A stretch of 64,000 bases of DNA. It comes from an uncultured Candidatus Saccharibacteria bacterium. GTDB lineage: Bacteria; Patescibacteriota; Minisyncoccia; Phycocordibacterales; UBA1006. The stretch lies in contig CAZQDL010000001.1 in assembly GCA_964592365.1 (NCBI GenBank), positions 79,541 to 143,540 of the forward strand. The letters are read 5' to 3'. Positions 1 to 9,504 of the stretch are shown here, one piece after another; positions within the stretch are counted from its first letter, which is position 1; each line of letters starts with the position of its first letter. Both the position numbers and the translations under genes were made by a program. The notes under the pieces were generated by a model. It was not told the DNA's origin. It was given only the letters and a program-made list of their open reading frames with translations, and made no database searches.

Positions 1-1604
1 CTGATGAGGATCAATATTCTGATGTTCAAACAAGAGGAGATGATCTTGAAAAATATGTTGTTGACTATAGTCATGATGGAAATAAAAGTTTTAGTTATGA
101 CATAGATAACCTACGTGAAGATGAACGATATTACTTCCGTATTTGTGTTGAATATGATCGTAATGGAAGAGAAGAGCTTTCATGTGGTAGTGTTCGAGAT
201 TTTGAAACCAATGGGGATAGTAATGATAATGGTGATGTTGAAATTGAAACACTTTCTTTCGATGATGTCGGAAGAACCTTCGCTAGAATTTGTGGAGATC
301 TAGAAGATGATGGTGGAGACAGAAGCATTAGAACTCGAATGGAATTTAGAAGGGCTACTGGTGGACAATGGAATAACTCACAGTTTGAACAACGTGGAGA
401 AGGAAGATTCTGTGTACGGGTAAATAACCTTCAACAAGACACTCGATATGCCTTTAGAGCATGTACTGATGATGAAGTGTGTGGAAATATTCGATACTTT
501 ACCACTTTAGGAGATGATACAAATACTGAACAGATTGAGGTGAATACCTTATCGCCTTCAAATATTACAACTTCAACAGCTATTTTAAATGGACGATATC
601 AAGGTTCAGAAAATGAACCAACAGAACTTTGGTTTGAATGGGGAACAACCGCCAACCTTGGAATCAAAAAGAGAACTATTACTCGATCAGCACTTGCTGG
701 GAACTTTGTTGATGCATTTACTGGTCTACAGGCTTGTACTCAATATTTCTACCGAGCAGTAGGTCAAAACAGTTCTGGTATTGATTATGGAAACACTCTT
801 TCATTTAGAACCTCATGTATTATTAATACCGGAGGAGGACCTGATGTAATCATTAATAGAGATACAGTTGTTATTGAAGAGACCGTTGATGAAGATGAAA
901 TTAATCTTGATTTACTTGGTTTAGGTTTATCACTCATCCGTCTTGATATTGATAATAATCAGGATGTAGTCTACCGAGATCAGGTTGTAGTATATGATGT
1001 TCGTTGGGAAAATATTTCAACGATTGATCTTGATACTATTGATGTAAAAGTAACTCTTCCAGAAGAAGTTTCTGTTACCAGCGTAAGTCGTGGAAGATTT
1101 GATGCTAACGAAAATGTTCTCTTCTTTACCATCGATGAACTTGATGAGGGTGACGAAGGAGATATGCAAATTAGCGTTGTTGTATCAAATGGAAGATTAG
1201 GAGATTTAGTAACAGCAGAAGCAACTGCTGCATATGATAACCCTATCAACCAAGCAAAGGAGAATGCTACAGATTATGATGCTGACGAGTTTGTTCTTAA
1301 TACAAACTTCGGAACAGCTTCAGTATTTGGACTTTCAAATATTACCTTCTTAGGATGGCTAACTATCCTTCTTGGATTACTTATCCTCTTCCTTATTGCA
1401 CGATGGTTATATCTAGAACGTGAAGAATTACGTGCTCATGCATATGCAAGAGCATACTATCCTCCACAACCACTAGGATACCAACAGCCACCAGTACAAC
1501 CGTTACGAGCACCATACCAACAAGTGCAACAACCGTTACCTGGTACTGAAGTTTCAGAAAACACCGATGATGGATATCAACCATATCGACCAAATAGAAA
1601 CTAA
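1..1604 (+). CDS. Surface protein, 5'-truncated at the window edge, with repeated FN3-like modules. Recurring block Y(Y/A)FR(I/A)C...G...(Y/F)(E/T)T. C-terminal TM helix (FLGWLTILLGLLILFLIARWLY) and a Pro/Gln-rich tail.
   Basis: The frame starting at nt 3 stays open from the window edge into the 339..1604 ORF. There are three or more internal sequence repeats, and a hydrophobic helix precedes the PQ-rich C-terminus. Confidence 0.6.
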   Translation, partial: DEDQYSDVQTRGDDLEKYVVDYSHDGNKSFSYDIDNLREDERYYFRICVEYDRNGREELSCGSVRDFETNGDSNDNGDVEIETLSFDDVGRTFARICGDLEDDGGDRSIRTRMEFRRATGGQWNNSQFEQRGEGRFCVRVNNLQQDTRYAFRACTDDEVCGNIRYFTTLGDDTNTEQIEVNTLSPSNITTSTAILNGRYQGSENEPTELWFEWGTTANLGIKKRTITRSALAGNFVDAFTGLQACTQYFYRAVGQNSSGIDYGNTLSFRTSCIINTGGGPDVIINRDTVVIEETVDEDEINLDLLGLGLSLIRLDIDNNQDVVYRDQVVVYDVRWENISTIDLDTIDVKVTLPEEVSVTSVSRGRFDANENVLFFTIDELDEGDEGDMQISVVVSNGRLGDLVTAEATAAYDNPINQAKENATDYDADEFVLNTNFGTASVFGLSNITFLGWLTILLGLLILFLIARWLYLEREELRAHAYARAYYPPQPLGYQQPPVQPLRAPYQQVQQPLPGTEVSENTDDGYQPYRPNRN

Positions 1605-1647
1605 TTAAAAAAACACCAATATGGTGTTTTTTTGATATAGTTTGTAT

Positions 1648-2082
1648 ATGGAAATGAATATTCAAAACGAAGAGCAGTTACCTATACTTGTTGACCGTAT
1701 TATGAACATGATATCTCAATCAGATACCTTTGCTACAGTAATTTGTCTTGAAGGAGATTTAGGGGCAGGAAAGACTACCTTGAGTAAAGCATGGGCTCAA
1801 TATCTTGGAATATCAGAAACGGTAACAAGTCCTACCTTTGTTATCCTTAAAGAATATGAAACAGCTCATGATCAATACAAAAAGCTAATTCACATTGATG
1901 CGTACCGACTTTCATCAAAAGAAGAACTAGAGTATTTAGGTTGGGAACAATTACTATCTGATCGTCAAAATATTATTCTTCTTGAATGGCCAAGTATGGT
2001 TAAAGGTATATCAATGCCACATGTATACACCTTGAGTATTGAGATTAACAAAGATCATTCAAGAACTTTTAACTTTAAATGA
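1648..2082 (+). CDS. tsaE: tRNA threonylcarbamoyladenosine biosynthesis ATPase TsaE (YjeE family)
   Basis: P-loop GDLGAGKTTL followed by the SPTF motif. Size is about 145 aa. The ATG at 1648 is preferred; the TTG at 1642 in the ORF track lies inside the -10 box. Confidence 0.75.
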   Translation: MEMNIQNEEQLPILVDRIMNMISQSDTFATVICLEGDLGAGKTTLSKAWAQYLGISETVTSPTFVILKEYETAHDQYKKLIHIDAYRLSSKEELEYLGWEQLLSDRQNIILLEWPSMVKGISMPHVYTLSIEINKDHSRTFNFK

Positions 2083-2095
2083 TATACTGAGAAAT

Positions 2096-4447
2096 ATGAA
2101 GAAACCAATCATCTTACTCCTTGATGCTCATGCCATTATTCACAGGGCATATCATGCACTACCTGACTTCGCTACAAGAAGTGGTGTACCTACTGGAGCT
2201 ATTTATGGTTTTGCTACGATGGTTCTTAAAATCATAGATGATTTCAAGCCAACATATGTTGTTGCTTGTTTTGATCTTCCTGGAAAAACCTTTCGACATG
2301 AAAGTTATACCGAATACAAGGGAACTCGTTCTCAGACAGATACAGCTCTTAAGATGCAATTTGAAGCTACACGAGAGCTTTGTGATATTTTTGGTATTCC
2401 AATATATGATGCACCTGGATTTGAAGCTGATGACATGCTTGGAACAATCTGCACCCAATTAAAAGGAAAAGATTTTGATATTATCATTGCCTCAGGAGAT
2501 ATGGATACTCTTCAGTTAGTTGAGAAAAAAAGAGTGCAAGTATATACCCTAAAGAGAGGATTGAATGATACTGTGGTATATGATGAGCAAGCAGTATTTG
2601 ATAGATTTGGTTTCAAGCCAGCACAACTTATCGACTACAAAGGGTTAAGAGGAGATGCTTCTGATAATATTCCTGGGATAAAGGGTATTGGAGAAAAAAC
2701 CGCAGAGATAGCTATTCAGCATTTTGGAACCCTTGAAAATTTATATTCTTCCTTAGAAAAAGATGAGCAATTATTAATTGATGCTGGGTTAAGCAAACGA
2801 ATGGTTCAACTCATTAAAGAAGGAAAAGAAGATGCAGAATTCTCAAAGATACTTGCTACTATTCGACATGATGCCCCTATTGAGTTTTCATTACCCAAAC
2901 ACGCTTGGGGAGAACTTCTTGATATGGAAAAAGCAACCACCTTTTTTGATACATATGAATTGCGTGCCTTACCTGCTCGGTTACGAAGTTCAATGGGTAT
3001 TCAAGAAAAGATAGAAGAAAAACCAGAAGAAGTAATTGATCAAAAAGATTTTTCAAAAACTGCATTAGCGTTATGGCTACTTGATTCTGAAATGAAGGAA
3101 GCGAGTCTTGAAGATATGTTGATTTTCTCAAAGAAAAAAAGTTTTTTTGAAGCATCAGCATATATCACAGAACAGCTAAAGCATGATGAACCTTCGTACA
3201 AAATCTTTCAGCATATTGAAATACCATTGATGTCTGTAATCACTCATATGCAAGACCGAGGTATTAAGGTTGATGGAAATTTCTTTAAAAATCTTTCACG
3301 TGAATACCATCACAAACTTGATGCATTAGAAAAAGAAATTCAAGAAATGGCTGGTATGGATTTTAACCTAAGATCACCAAAACAACTCTCTGAGGTTCTG
3401 TTTGAACATATGGGTCTTTCAACAAAGGGTATTAAAAAATCAGGAAAGTCAGGAGTGTATTCAACCAATGCACAGATGCTTGAAAAATTGTTAGAAGAAC
3501 ACCCTATTATTCAACACATTCTTGATTACAGGGAATTGGATAAGCTGGTAGGTACGTACATTGATGTTATCCCTGACATGGTTTCTGATGATGGAAGATT
3601 ACATGCACAATTTATTCAGAACGGAACTACCACAGGAAGATTTTCCTCAAAGGATCCTAATATGCAAAATATTCCCACAAGAAGTGACCTAGGAAGAAAG
3701 ATACGAGAAGGATTTATCGCCGAAACAGGATATCAATTAGTTTCTTTTGACTATTCTCAAATTGAATTACGCTGTCTTGCTATGCTTTCATCAGACCAGA
3801 AACTCATTGATATTTTTAATGAAGGGAAAGATATTCATACGGCTGTTGCTTCTCTTATAGGAAATGTTCCTGAAGATGAAGTTGATAGGGAAATGAGAAG
3901 AAAAGCAAAGATTGTTAACTTTGGAATTCTCTATGGAATGGGAGTTAGTAGCCTGCGAAAGCAGATGGATACCGATAGGTTGGAAGCTCAAAAATTCCAT
4001 GATGGATTTTTCGAACAGTTCAAAGAGGCTACGGCATACCTAGAAGCAACGAAAGAGCATGCAAGAGCACATGGATACACCACAACTCTTTTTGGACGCA
4101 GAAGACAGTTTAAGAATATCAATTCAAAGCTTCCATTTATTAAAGCAATGGCAGAAAGAATGGCATTGAATGCACCTATTCAAGGAACTTCAGCAGACAT
4201 GATAAAGCTTGCAATGGTTGAGGTATATGAATATCTAAAACAAGAAACAGATATTGATGCACATTTTGTGTTGCAGATTCATGATGAAATTATTTTCGAA
4301 GTAAAAGATACAGATATTGAATTATTTACTACTAAGGTGAATGATATTATGGTTAATATATTGAGTTCTTCATATCTCTCGTATCATCCACCTATTCCTT
4401 TAGTGGTTCACTATTCAACAGGAAGACACTGGGGTGAGTTAAAATAA
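2096..4447 (+). CDS. polA: DNA polymerase I (5'-3' exonuclease plus polymerase domains)
   Basis: N-terminal 5'-nuclease motifs (LLLDAHAIIHRAYHA, GIPGIKGIGEKTA). Polymerase motif A DYSQIELR, motif B RRKAKIVNFGILYG and motif C QIHDEI. The ATG at 2096 follows the tsaE stop; the 2039 start would overlap tsaE. Confidence 0.9.
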   Translation: MKKPIILLLDAHAIIHRAYHALPDFATRSGVPTGAIYGFATMVLKIIDDFKPTYVVACFDLPGKTFRHESYTEYKGTRSQTDTALKMQFEATRELCDIFGIPIYDAPGFEADDMLGTICTQLKGKDFDIIIASGDMDTLQLVEKKRVQVYTLKRGLNDTVVYDEQAVFDRFGFKPAQLIDYKGLRGDASDNIPGIKGIGEKTAEIAIQHFGTLENLYSSLEKDEQLLIDAGLSKRMVQLIKEGKEDAEFSKILATIRHDAPIEFSLPKHAWGELLDMEKATTFFDTYELRALPARLRSSMGIQEKIEEKPEEVIDQKDFSKTALALWLLDSEMKEASLEDMLIFSKKKSFFEASAYITEQLKHDEPSYKIFQHIEIPLMSVITHMQDRGIKVDGNFFKNLSREYHHKLDALEKEIQEMAGMDFNLRSPKQLSEVLFEHMGLSTKGIKKSGKSGVYSTNAQMLEKLLEEHPIIQHILDYRELDKLVGTYIDVIPDMVSDDGRLHAQFIQNGTTTGRFSSKDPNMQNIPTRSDLGRKIREGFIAETGYQLVSFDYSQIELRCLAMLSSDQKLIDIFNEGKDIHTAVASLIGNVPEDEVDREMRRKAKIVNFGILYGMGVSSLRKQMDTDRLEAQKFHDGFFEQFKEATAYLEATKEHARAHGYTTTLFGRRRQFKNINSKLPFIKAMAERMALNAPIQGTSADMIKLAMVEVYEYLKQETDIDAHFVLQIHDEIIFEVKDTDIELFTTKVNDIMVNILSSSYLSYHPPIPLVVHYSTGRHWGELK

Positions 4448-4481
4448 ACAGCAATGCTGTTTATTTTGATATACTAAACAT

Positions 4482-5177
4482 ATGATTTTTTTAGTGTCAG
4501 GAAATAGTGAAGATAGGAAGTCTTATATTCATAAACAGATAAAAGAAGCAGGAGGAGATCCTGCAAAAGCTGTACGCATTACTGATACAGATATCAATGA
4601 GACCTGTTCCTTTAGTGATCTTGTTGTTAAGCAGGTAGGACTATTTGGTGATATTGAATACTATATTATCTCTGACCTTACTCGTTCATTGGATATAAGA
4701 AATATTCTGAATACCTTTAAAGAATCACCTCACTATTTATTCTTTTCAGAAGAAAGTGTAACAAAACCAATCATTTCAGCTTTTGAAAAAATAGATGCAA
4801 CCATACAATCTTTTGAGAAAGAGATTGTTGAAAAGAAAGAAGGAGGTAATAATATTTTTGTACTTTCTGATTTACTTGGAGCAAGGGATAAGAAAAATCT
4901 ATGGATTGCATATCATCAGGCATTGTCTTCAAGCTCCGTTGAAGAGATCATTGGGATACTCAATTGGCAGTTAAAAAATATGATACTGGTATATCAACAA
5001 CCTTCAGGGGTAGCGAGTATGAAACCTTTTGTATTTTCAAAAACACAGAGGTTTAATAAAAACTATTCTGAACATGAGGTTAGAGAATTATTAGTTTCAC
5101 TAACCAAAGCATTTCATTCACGAGATATTCATCACACACTTGAAGTTCAAGTAGAAGAAATTATTTTAGGATTATAA
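4482..5177 (+). CDS. DNA polymerase III delta subunit-like protein (HolA-like), short form
   Basis: The C-terminal helical region (LSDLLGARDKKNLWIAYHQAL...IIGILNWQLKNMILV) resembles the HolA C-domain. The gene sits next to polA. Confidence 0.4.
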   Translation: MIFLVSGNSEDRKSYIHKQIKEAGGDPAKAVRITDTDINETCSFSDLVVKQVGLFGDIEYYIISDLTRSLDIRNILNTFKESPHYLFFSEESVTKPIISAFEKIDATIQSFEKEIVEKKEGGNNIFVLSDLLGARDKKNLWIAYHQALSSSSVEEIIGILNWQLKNMILVYQQPSGVASMKPFVFSKTQRFNKNYSEHEVRELLVSLTKAFHSRDIHHTLEVQVEEIILGL

Positions 5178-5196
5178 AAAGCACAAAATGTGCTTT

Positions 5197-6165
5197 TTAT
5201 AATACGCCAACTATCTTTGCGATAAATACTGCATAGAAGAATAGCATAGCTATTCCTTCCCATGGTCGTACCTTATTATCAAACGTAACAAAGATGGCGA
5301 TAAAGGTTGCAATAACTAAAAAGGGTAGGCCAATAATGAATGTGGTGTCTGCAATTCCAAGAGGAGTTATGAGTGCTGGAATTCCTGCGATGAAAAGAAG
5401 GTTAAAAGTATTTGAACCAAGTACATTTCCAACAGCCATTCCGTGATTTCCTCTTTTTACCGCTGCAACTGAAGTAAGAATTTCAGGTAATGAAGTTCCG
5501 AGAGCAACTACGGTTATGGTGAGCATTGAAGAGGTGATGTTCAACAGTTGTGAGAGCATAAGAACACTATCAATAAGGTACTTAGCTGAAACTGAAAGTA
5601 TTCCAATACTAAGAACAATTGCTCCACTATAGATTAAGATACTCTTCTTTTTTGCTGATGGATCAGTATTTTCTTCAACAAGATCTTTCATTTCATCAAC
5701 ATCTATTAATTCAGGTTTTTGTCGAATGTTGTAAATTATGAAAATAATAAAGAATACTAACAGAGCAATTCCTTCAGGTGTTGAAATTACCTTATCAAGG
5801 GCAAAGTATCCAAATAGTGCCATCGACATAAAGAAGAAGGGAAGATCAACATCAATTAGGGATGTATTTATTTTTAATGTTTTAGCAGCAATTCCTGATA
5901 TCCCTAAAATTAATAACGCATTAGCAATATTAGAACCCACTATGTTATCAACAACAAAGGTTGTTTCACCTGCGTTAAGTGCGAATAAAGATGATACCAA
6001 TTCAGGAAGCGATGTTCCAACAGCAACGATGGTTGCCCCAATAATGAAAGAACTCATTCCAAAGAGTAATCCAATTCGCTCACTGTACTCGGTAAAGTAG
6101 TCAGCTGATTTAATTAAAAAGAATAAACTAGCGATAAGTATTCCTATCCAGATAATGATTTGCAT
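5197..6165 (-). CDS. Ca2+/Na+ antiporter, CaCA family (YrbG-like)
   Basis: Two alpha-repeat signatures GTSLPEL(V/I): GTSLPELVSS and GTSLPEILTS. About 10 predicted TM helices. Confidence 0.8.
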   Translation of the reverse strand: MQIIIWIGILIASLFFLIKSADYFTEYSERIGLLFGMSSFIIGATIVAVGTSLPELVSSLFALNAGETTFVVDNIVGSNIANALLILGISGIAAKTLKINTSLIDVDLPFFFMSMALFGYFALDKVISTPEGIALLVFFIIFIIYNIRQKPELIDVDEMKDLVEENTDPSAKKKSILIYSGAIVLSIGILSVSAKYLIDSVLMLSQLLNITSSMLTITVVALGTSLPEILTSVAAVKRGNHGMAVGNVLGSNTFNLLFIAGIPALITPLGIADTTFIIGLPFLVIATFIAIFVTFDNKVRPWEGIAMLFFYAVFIAKIVGVL

Positions 6166-6195
6166 ATGGAGGTATCATATCATTTTTTTCTCAGA

Positions 6196-6228
6196 GTAAA
6201 ATAAAAAGAAACACTAAGGTGTTTCTTT
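6196..6228 (-). terminator. Rho-independent terminator downstream of tRNA-Lys
   Basis: Hairpin AAAGAAACAC-TAAG-GTGTTTCTTT followed by a T-run on the minus strand. Confidence 0.6.
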
Positions 6229-6232
6229 CATG

Positions 6233-6305
6233 TCCCCCTGGAAGGGCTCGAACCTTCGACCGTCAGCTTAAAAGGCTGCTGCTCTACCGACTGAGCTACA
6301 GGAGG
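6233..6305 (-). tRNA. tRNA-Lys (anticodon UUU)
   Basis: Manual cloverleaf fold of the reverse complement. Acceptor stem CCTCCTG/CAGGGGG, D-arm GCTC-AGTCGGTA-GAGC, anticodon loop CTTTTAA, T-arm GAAGG-TTCGAGC-CCTTC, discriminator A. Confidence 0.8.
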
Positions 6306-6382
6306 ATGTCGATATGTAAGGCATTGCCGAACGTTGTAGATAGTATTACAGCATTGACTTAAGGTCAACACATATCTACAGT

Positions 6383-6868
6383 ATGAATATGCAATATTCA
6401 GTTCTCTTACATAATATTAGAAGCGCTCACAACGTTGGTTCTATTTTTAGAACTGCTGATGCAGCTGGTTTTTCTCATGTATATCTTTCAGGATATACCC
6501 CACTTCCCATTGACCGTTTCGGAAGAAAAAGAGCAGATATTGATAAGGTTGCACTAGGAGCACAAGAAATTGTTTCTTGGTCTGAAGTGAAAGATATTGA
6601 AATGTTTCTTCGTTCACATTATGTAGTTGCGGTTGAACAAGATGAACGTTCAATTCCATATGATAGCTTTGAAGCACCAAAAGAGGTACATGAATTAATT
6701 TTGATGATGGGCGAGGAAACTAAAGGAATTGAAAAAGAACTTCTTGTTGATGTAAGCTCTATTATTGAAATACCAATGAGGGGAGAGAAAGAATCTTTAA
6801 ACGTATCAGTCGCTTTTGCTGTTGTTGCTTATGAGATAACAAAAAACCACTTAAGAAAAAGTTCTTAA
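6383..6868 (+). CDS. SpoU/TrmH-family RNA 2'-O-methyltransferase
   Basis: SPOUT motifs (HNVGSIFRTADAAG, ESLNVSVAFAVVAYE). Size is about 160 aa, similar to TrmL. Confidence 0.7.
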   Translation: MNMQYSVLLHNIRSAHNVGSIFRTADAAGFSHVYLSGYTPLPIDRFGRKRADIDKVALGAQEIVSWSEVKDIEMFLRSHYVVAVEQDERSIPYDSFEAPKEVHELILMMGEETKGIEKELLVDVSSIIEIPMRGEKESLNVSVAFAVVAYEITKNHLRKSS

Positions 6869-6883
6869 GTGGTTGGTCTTTTG
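6846..6883. terminator. Bidirectional terminator between the convergent SpoU gene and the lipoprotein gene
   Basis: Palindrome CCACTTAAG-N8-CTTAAGTGG flanked by A- and T-runs. Confidence 0.55.
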
Positions 6884-6891
6884 ATTCAATT

Positions 6892-7449
6892 TTATTTTTT
6901 AACAAATTGAATATTTTTTAATTCGTTTTCAATTTGGTGTCCAATACCATTCCAATATCCATTCTCATATTGGTATAGGTCTGAATGGGTGAAGCAGTAC
7001 GCATCTATCTCTTCAGGAAATTCCGTTCTAGTTGTTACAATTAGTTGATATTTGCTAAATCTTTTTGGCTTAAAATGTGTAACTATTGGACTGAATTCAA
7101 TGCTCACATCTTCTCCATTAAAATCAAGATCATCAGGAAAGAAGTCATTGACGGTACCCTCCACGTTTACCAATTCCACTTTTTCGATGTAATCAGCAAC
7201 ATTTAAACTATTTTTATCTAAATGAATGTATTGCTCGATTTCTCGAACTGATGTTTTTGTCATATCGAAGACTATTTCGTAAACAACATTTCTTTTCCCT
7301 TCTTCTAAAATTGGGTCTATGTTTTGCATGTATACCTTATTAAAATACGATCCTTCCAAGGATTCTAATTCTTCAACATATGTTTCAGAGCAAGAGCTTA
7401 TTAATAAAGAGCTCAATAAGACAATCAATGGTAATAAAATTTTTTGCAT
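6892..7449 (-). CDS. Hypothetical lipoprotein
   Basis: Lipoprotein signal MQKILLPLIVLLSSLLISSC. Start trimmed to the Met that gives a canonical lipobox. A TTGACA-N16-TACTAT promoter is at 7481..7508 on the minus strand. Confidence 0.5.
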   Translation of the reverse strand: MQKILLPLIVLLSSLLISSCSETYVEELESLEGSYFNKVYMQNIDPILEEGKRNVVYEIVFDMTKTSVREIEQYIHLDKNSLNVADYIEKVELVNVEGTVNDFFPDDLDFNGEDVSIEFSPIVTHFKPKRFSKYQLIVTTRTEFPEEIDAYCFTHSDLYQYENGYWNGIGHQIENELKNIQFVKK

Positions 7450-7480
7450 GTGATATTTATTTTTTAAGTTATTTGATAAC

Positions 7481-7508
7481 ATAGTATCACTTATTTAGAA
7501 TATGTCAA
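7481..7508 (-). promoter_or_regulatory. Sigma70-like promoter (TTGACA-16nt-TACTAT) for the lipoprotein gene
   Basis: Read directly on the minus strand upstream of the 7449 start. Confidence 0.4.
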
Positions 7509-7562
7509 GTTATTTTATACATAATAAAACAGCTAATGGTCGAGCCAGAAGCTGTTTTTTGT

Positions 7563-8825
7563 TTAAAATATTTCAATTTCTTTTGATATATAAATATCGG
7601 GATCAAGTAACCTTTCATAGCTTTCTGATCCATTTTTATATTTTATTTTTTCAATGACACATTTATATTTTCCCTTAGGAAGTTGGGCAACGATTCCAAT
7701 TTGAAAATTTTCAGTTCCGTTTTGATCAATAATATAATCATTTGCATACACAAAAGCATTTGAACCCATATACACTGAAATATCCGAATCAGACACAGAA
7801 ATTTTTTGTTGAGTTCCAGTGTTAATAATCGAAAATATAATACTGCTCTTACCAACCTTTGAAATATATGCAGGTGCCTCAAAAGCTTCAATCTCTACTT
7901 GATATTCAAAGACTCCTTTGTTGTTGAAAGTAATAGCTTCACTTTTTATTAAAGCAACATCGATGCCTTTTGAGAATAAGAAATAATTTCTCATATCTGC
8001 TGATCCAGTAATATCTAAGCTTGAAAGTGTATTTGCCTCCTCATCGAATGCAACAGTTTCTTGAAGACTTTTTTCTGATACTTCAAAAGAAATTCCCTGT
8101 CCCTCTTGATAATTATTGTTCTGCTTCATATATGTTACAAAAACTTGTACATCATATATTTCACCATTACTTAAAAGCATATTTTGAGTATTGAAGATTA
8201 CAAGTTCCTTTGTGGTTCCTTGAATACTTCTATGATCCCATGCATTAAAATCTTTTCCATCAATTGATATAGACATATCAGAAATAATTAAATTAAAAGA
8301 TTTCCCATGAGTATCTACCTCAAAAGATATTTTACCTAAAAGAACATCTGCAGATTCAGCTGGCACCTCAAGACTAAAAACATATGATTCAATAGAATCT
8401 GAGATATCATTTTCATCTACCTCGTATCGAGTATATGAAATTGGGCAATTCTCTGAGCTTGAAATGATTAATTCAACCGGTAAGTTGGTCATTACCTTTT
8501 TTGAAAATAGGACTTCTCCCGTTTTTGTTTCTAAAAAAGTAATTGCTATTTCAGTTTCTGGCTCAAGCCCTGAGATAGTTTCAATTCCATTTTCTATAGA
8601 GCCTACATATTCATATGTAGTGATTTCAGTATTATTCTCGCTTTGTATTACAAGACGAGTAGTTTCTTTTTCTCCTGCCTTAATTGAAAATGTAATTTCG
8701 ATTTCTCGAGAACTTGTCTTGGTAACTTCAAATGAGGTTACTCTTGTTGGTTCTGCGATAATATCATCATCATTTTGACATGAAGATAAAAGTGAAAGGA
8801 AAAAGATGCATAAAAGTTTTTTCAT
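7563..8825 (-). CDS. Hypothetical lipoprotein (420 aa)
   Basis: Signal plus lipobox MKKLLCIFFLSLLSSC. No recognisable catalytic motifs. Confidence 0.5.
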   Translation of the reverse strand: MKKLLCIFFLSLLSSCQNDDDIIAEPTRVTSFEVTKTSSREIEITFSIKAGEKETTRLVIQSENNTEITTYEYVGSIENGIETISGLEPETEIAITFLETKTGEVLFSKKVMTNLPVELIISSSENCPISYTRYEVDENDISDSIESYVFSLEVPAESADVLLGKISFEVDTHGKSFNLIISDMSISIDGKDFNAWDHRSIQGTTKELVIFNTQNMLLSNGEIYDVQVFVTYMKQNNNYQEGQGISFEVSEKSLQETVAFDEEANTLSSLDITGSADMRNYFLFSKGIDVALIKSEAITFNNKGVFEYQVEIEAFEAPAYISKVGKSSIIFSIINTGTQQKISVSDSDISVYMGSNAFVYANDYIIDQNGTENFQIGIVAQLPKGKYKCVIEKIKYKNGSESYERLLDPDIYISKEIEIF

Positions 8826-8914
8826 GATGTTTATTATTTAATTGTTAGTGTTATTTATTTTAACAATATAATTTAATTTTAATTTGTCAATTTATATAAG
8901 GTATTAAAAAAGCC

Positions 8915-9490
8915 CTATGAATTACTTAGTATGTTCAGGGCTTCTTTTATTTTCTCATTCATTTGGGTTGTTTTAGTATCAATTTTTGCAAGAGCATTGA
9001 GTGCTTGAGCAGGACTATAGCCAAGAGCAACTAAAGCATCAATCACATCACGATCACCTTCATTTGTATGAATTTCTGTATTTCCTGCATAGTTTTTAAG
9101 CTTATCCTGTAGTTCAATACACATACGTTCTGCTGTTTTCTTTCCAATTCCTGGAACTGAACTAAGAAAATCAATATTCTTTGAAAGAATTGCTTGATAT
9201 AGGGTGTCAGTTGAAGCAAGACCAATGATGGCTAATCCTGATTTTGGTCCGATTCCAGAAACATCAATTAATTTCTTGAAAAAGAACAATTCATTTTGTG
9301 TTTCAAAACCATATAGATCAAGAGCATTTTCTCTTACCAAAGTATGAATCCAAAGAGAAATATTTTTCTGGGTTAATGCCCAAGCTAGGGTATTTTCAGT
9401 AACAAGAATTTGATACCCTACATCTCGTACATCGAGGATAATGGTTCCTTCTGTTGATTCAAATGCTTTTCCTGAGAGATATCCAATCAT
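8915..9490 (-). CDS. ruvA: Holliday junction branch-migration protein RuvA
   Basis: N-terminal OB fold (MIGYLSGK...GTIILDVRDVGYQILV), two HhH motifs (GIGPKSGLAII, VPGIGKKTAERM) and the C-terminal domain III. Confidence 0.85.
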   Translation of the reverse strand: MIGYLSGKAFESTEGTIILDVRDVGYQILVTENTLAWALTQKNISLWIHTLVRENALDLYGFETQNELFFFKKLIDVSGIGPKSGLAIIGLASTDTLYQAILSKNIDFLSSVPGIGKKTAERMCIELQDKLKNYAGNTEIHTNEGDRDVIDALVALGYSPAQALNALAKIDTKTTQMNEKIKEALNILSNS

Positions 9491-9504
9491 ATAACTAGTA
9501 TATC

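Noticed and set aside
131-328. Minus-strand 65 aa ORF, and the similar overlapping antisense ORFs at 980..1249, 1393..1665, 2159..2458, 2877..3161, 3791..4000, 6447..6680, 7643..7891, 9043..9225, 9702..9947, 10439..10639, 10989..11264, 12179..12394, 12406..12789, 13322..13594, 14383..14604, 14755..14976, 16159..16365, 16442..16633, 16585..17055, 18100..18692, 25731..25955, 29194..29400, 35184..36091, 36762..37010, 37856..39679, 46934..47152, 51237..51458, 53457..53651, 59707..59898, 60624..60824, 61194..61388 and 63485..63727
   Set aside because: Each lies entirely inside a longer ORF on the opposite strand or in another frame that has clear family motifs or a coherent domain structure. They are shadow ORFs, typical of AT-rich DNA.
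1642-1647. TTG starts assigned by the ORF track at 1642, and likewise at 43801, 47438, 50310 and 59106
   Set aside because: The TTG sits inside the TGnTATACT -10 box. A proper ATG lies 6-24 nt downstream and begins the conserved protein N-terminus.
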